DNA of 63,325 nucleotides, counting the filler, from Globobulimina sp. (Eukaryota), in NCBI GenBank assembly GCA_003354225.1. It is 26 parts of 26 records of this genome, joined end to end, with 100 filler letters (N's around TTAATTAATTAA, not from the genome) between each part and the next. Parts side by side here need not be neighbours in the genome. Positions count along the whole stretch, not along the records: positions 60,989 to 63,325 come from PIVH01007303.1; 25 more parts are not named here. One strand, written 5' to 3'. Below are positions 60,989 to 63,325 of the stretch, piece by piece. Numbering within the stretch: the stretch's first letter is position 1; each line of letters starts with the position of its first letter. The translations under genes were made by a program, and so were the position numbers. Below the pieces are notes generated by a model. It saw only the letters and a list, made by a program, of their open reading frames with translations, had not been told where the DNA came from and searched no databases.

Positions 60989-61331
60989 TATTAAATGGTA
61001 TATTATCAAGAAAAAACAATTTATTCTCACTTATTATGGATGCATCAATTGCATTAAATAAATGAACACAATCTTTTCGTAATCTAAGTTCATTCCTTTT
61101 CATTCCAAACAATGGGACATATACTTCTTCCGTTTTATGTTCGCTTGTTTCATCAAATTGATGCTGGTTAAAATGTGCCCATAATAATGAACAAATCAAT
61201 GAATCTAAATCACTCGCTTCATTGCATAATACAAAGGTTAATTTGTAACTGCACCCGTTATCACCATTAGTTAGTATTTCATTCAATTTGGCCCTTTGTT
61301 GATCTAAAAAGGTTCCTATGAAAGACATCAT
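60989..61331 (-). CDS. Prune/PPX1-like DHH exopolyphosphatase (3' partial)
   Basis: VLCNEASDLDSL (G/CNE..DLDS motif) and ELRLRKD. Confidence 0.8.
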
Positions 61332-61374
61332 AAAACGTTTTCAAGCTGCTGCTCGGAGAGTGCTTGAAAACACC

Positions 61375-63296
61375 ATGGCAACGAATAACAACAGATCGGA
61401 TGAACGTGAAAAGGAGATACAAGACCTAAAAAAGCAGGTTAAAAGATTGGAGAACTCTAAAATTGAATTAATGGTAAATACAACGAAAGAAATTGACAGA
61501 TTACGTACATACATAAAATGCATAACCAAGAAAAACGGCAGCATAGCTATGGGTGCCTCACATGGCATATTGGCTGATTCCATAGCATCAAATATATCCA
61601 ATGAAGTGAAAGATAATACATCATCATCGTCATCCGATACAAGAGCACGAGTCTCAGGTTTAAGGCCAGGAACAGATATTGGTGATGACGAGGAAAAGGA
61701 AGAAATGCGGACATTCTTACAAATAAATCACGACATAATTGAAGAGATGGAAGCCGTATTAAATGAGTTTATGACATTAAAATTATTTGGTGTTGTTGAG
61801 TGCAAATGCAATCAAGCAAAACAATTACAATTTATTGCATCTATGGACGGACCAGAGATGAAATGTAATATTTGTCACCAATTATACTGTTCAATGTTTA
61901 TATGTAACTCATGCCATATGTCCATTTGTGGCACATGTCAGAAATTGTACGCTGAAATGCAGTGTTTGCGATCAGTAATGCAACATTTTAAATATCCCAA
62001 ACAGTTCAAACGAGAAATCGAAGAGATCAATACCAACAATCTACGGAAAATGAGCCAATATGAACGAGATGAATATGAGGATTACAATATGAGTATGATG
62101 ATGTTTTTTCAGTGTATGCATATATACATAATCCATAAAAAACATTCACATACACCACATGTCACGTGACGTACACATAAACACACAGAGAGAAGCAAGG
62201 AAGCAACCAATTTCACGGCGAATTGATGAAACTTTTAACCCAATTACAGTTTCGCGCCAGTGACAAATTAGAATGCATATTCGATGAAGATTTGTGTATA
62301 ATAAGCTTAGAGATCAAGATGGACCATCAAATGTGTTACGAGATATTGAGTTATTTGGATGATGTTGATTTGTGTTATATTATCAATAGCAAATCGAGCG
62401 TACAGTTACTAGAGATATACTGGCAATTATTTGAGTATCATTTAACTTATGATATACAATACCGGCAATGGAAGAAATTACGACTATTATTCTCTGCCGA
62501 TTGGGAGGACAATACACTAATTACTCTCAAACAACGCATCACAAACAACAGCGCCGCAAAAGAATCTATAAATGATTATTATATCCCGACCATAAATGGC
62601 AATCAATTAATAAAACCCAAACTATTCGGCTACGATGAGGTGTGTGGTGATGGCAGAATCATCACAGAAACGAACAGCATATATCATAATTATTACATAA
62701 ATAAACAACTAAATGAAGGATTTGGTAATAAAGTGATCCGATTGTTACGTATTATTATTGATAATGAAGAATATAATGATTCACAGGTTACCTTTGAACG
62801 ATTGAAACATAGAAAATACGGTAAAGATAATGAGATATTGGCCAATGGCATTTATTATGTTTGGCATTGTCATGGTTTACAAAGGTCATTTGCTTTGGAG
62901 GAACAATCGTTTTCCACGTATGAGGATGCTATGGACGATGAAGACAATATCGGTGAGCAACAACATAATGTACAAACTCAGCGACAACATACTTTCATAA
63001 ATAATCAGCGCATGCGACCCAATGTAAATAATAATAATAATAATGCTACTACGAATAATACAAATACTACCAATGATGTTTACCAATCAACACAAACACA
63101 GACAAATGAGACGAGGGGTCCATTGACTCCAATGTGTTCTGGTGGTTCGTCGTTTGAATACGCAAATGATAGCCAGGCCAATGTCCAAAGCAGTAATTAT
63201 ATAAATAATAATCCGAGTCAATCTCCTGCGAGTTCATCAAAGTCAGATCCAAATGCACCTCATACGCAGTTTACATTTGATTATAATGAAATATAA
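61375..63296 (+). CDS. Hypothetical coiled-coil plus Cys-rich zinc-finger protein (2 exons)
   Basis: CNIC..CNSC..CGTC cluster; intron-like segment near 62113-62190; head-to-head with the prune gene. Confidence 0.55.
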
Positions 63297-63325
63297 TATG
63301 AAAAACACAGTGTATTATTATGTAT

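Overview
This is not one locus. It is 26 unrelated contigs of about 2.34 kb each, sorted by length and joined by artificial 100-nt spacers (N44-TTAATTAATTAA-N44). Most contigs are AT-rich eukaryotic DNA with short GT-AG introns. Their protein families (7TM-RGS, Kelch/PT-repeat surface proteins, divergent actin, inner-arm dynein, PHR, RUN) suggest a protist, possibly a foraminiferan or other rhizarian (inference). Mixed in are a phage-like contig (7325-9665), a GC-rich bacterial piece fused to a eukaryotic gene (29288-31627), two CRE-like non-LTR retrotransposon 5' regions, and a decayed Ty3/gypsy LTR element whose primer site matches animal-type tRNA-Phe. Fold-back and chimeric junctions suggest whole-genome amplification. 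The strongest candidate for an undescribed system is in the phage contig. Three intact 28-bp XerC/XerD dif-like sites (11-6-11, CATAA-N6-TTATGTC) and one degenerate site sit exactly at gene boundaries. They bracket a DNA methyltransferase and a YopX gene in the manner of pdif modules. Next to them is a 137-nt structured element closed by a perfect 29-bp stem. A palindromic CAGTTT(C/G)AAACTG repeat found in introns of two separate contigs is also notable. All assignments come from motif recognition by eye; no searches were run.
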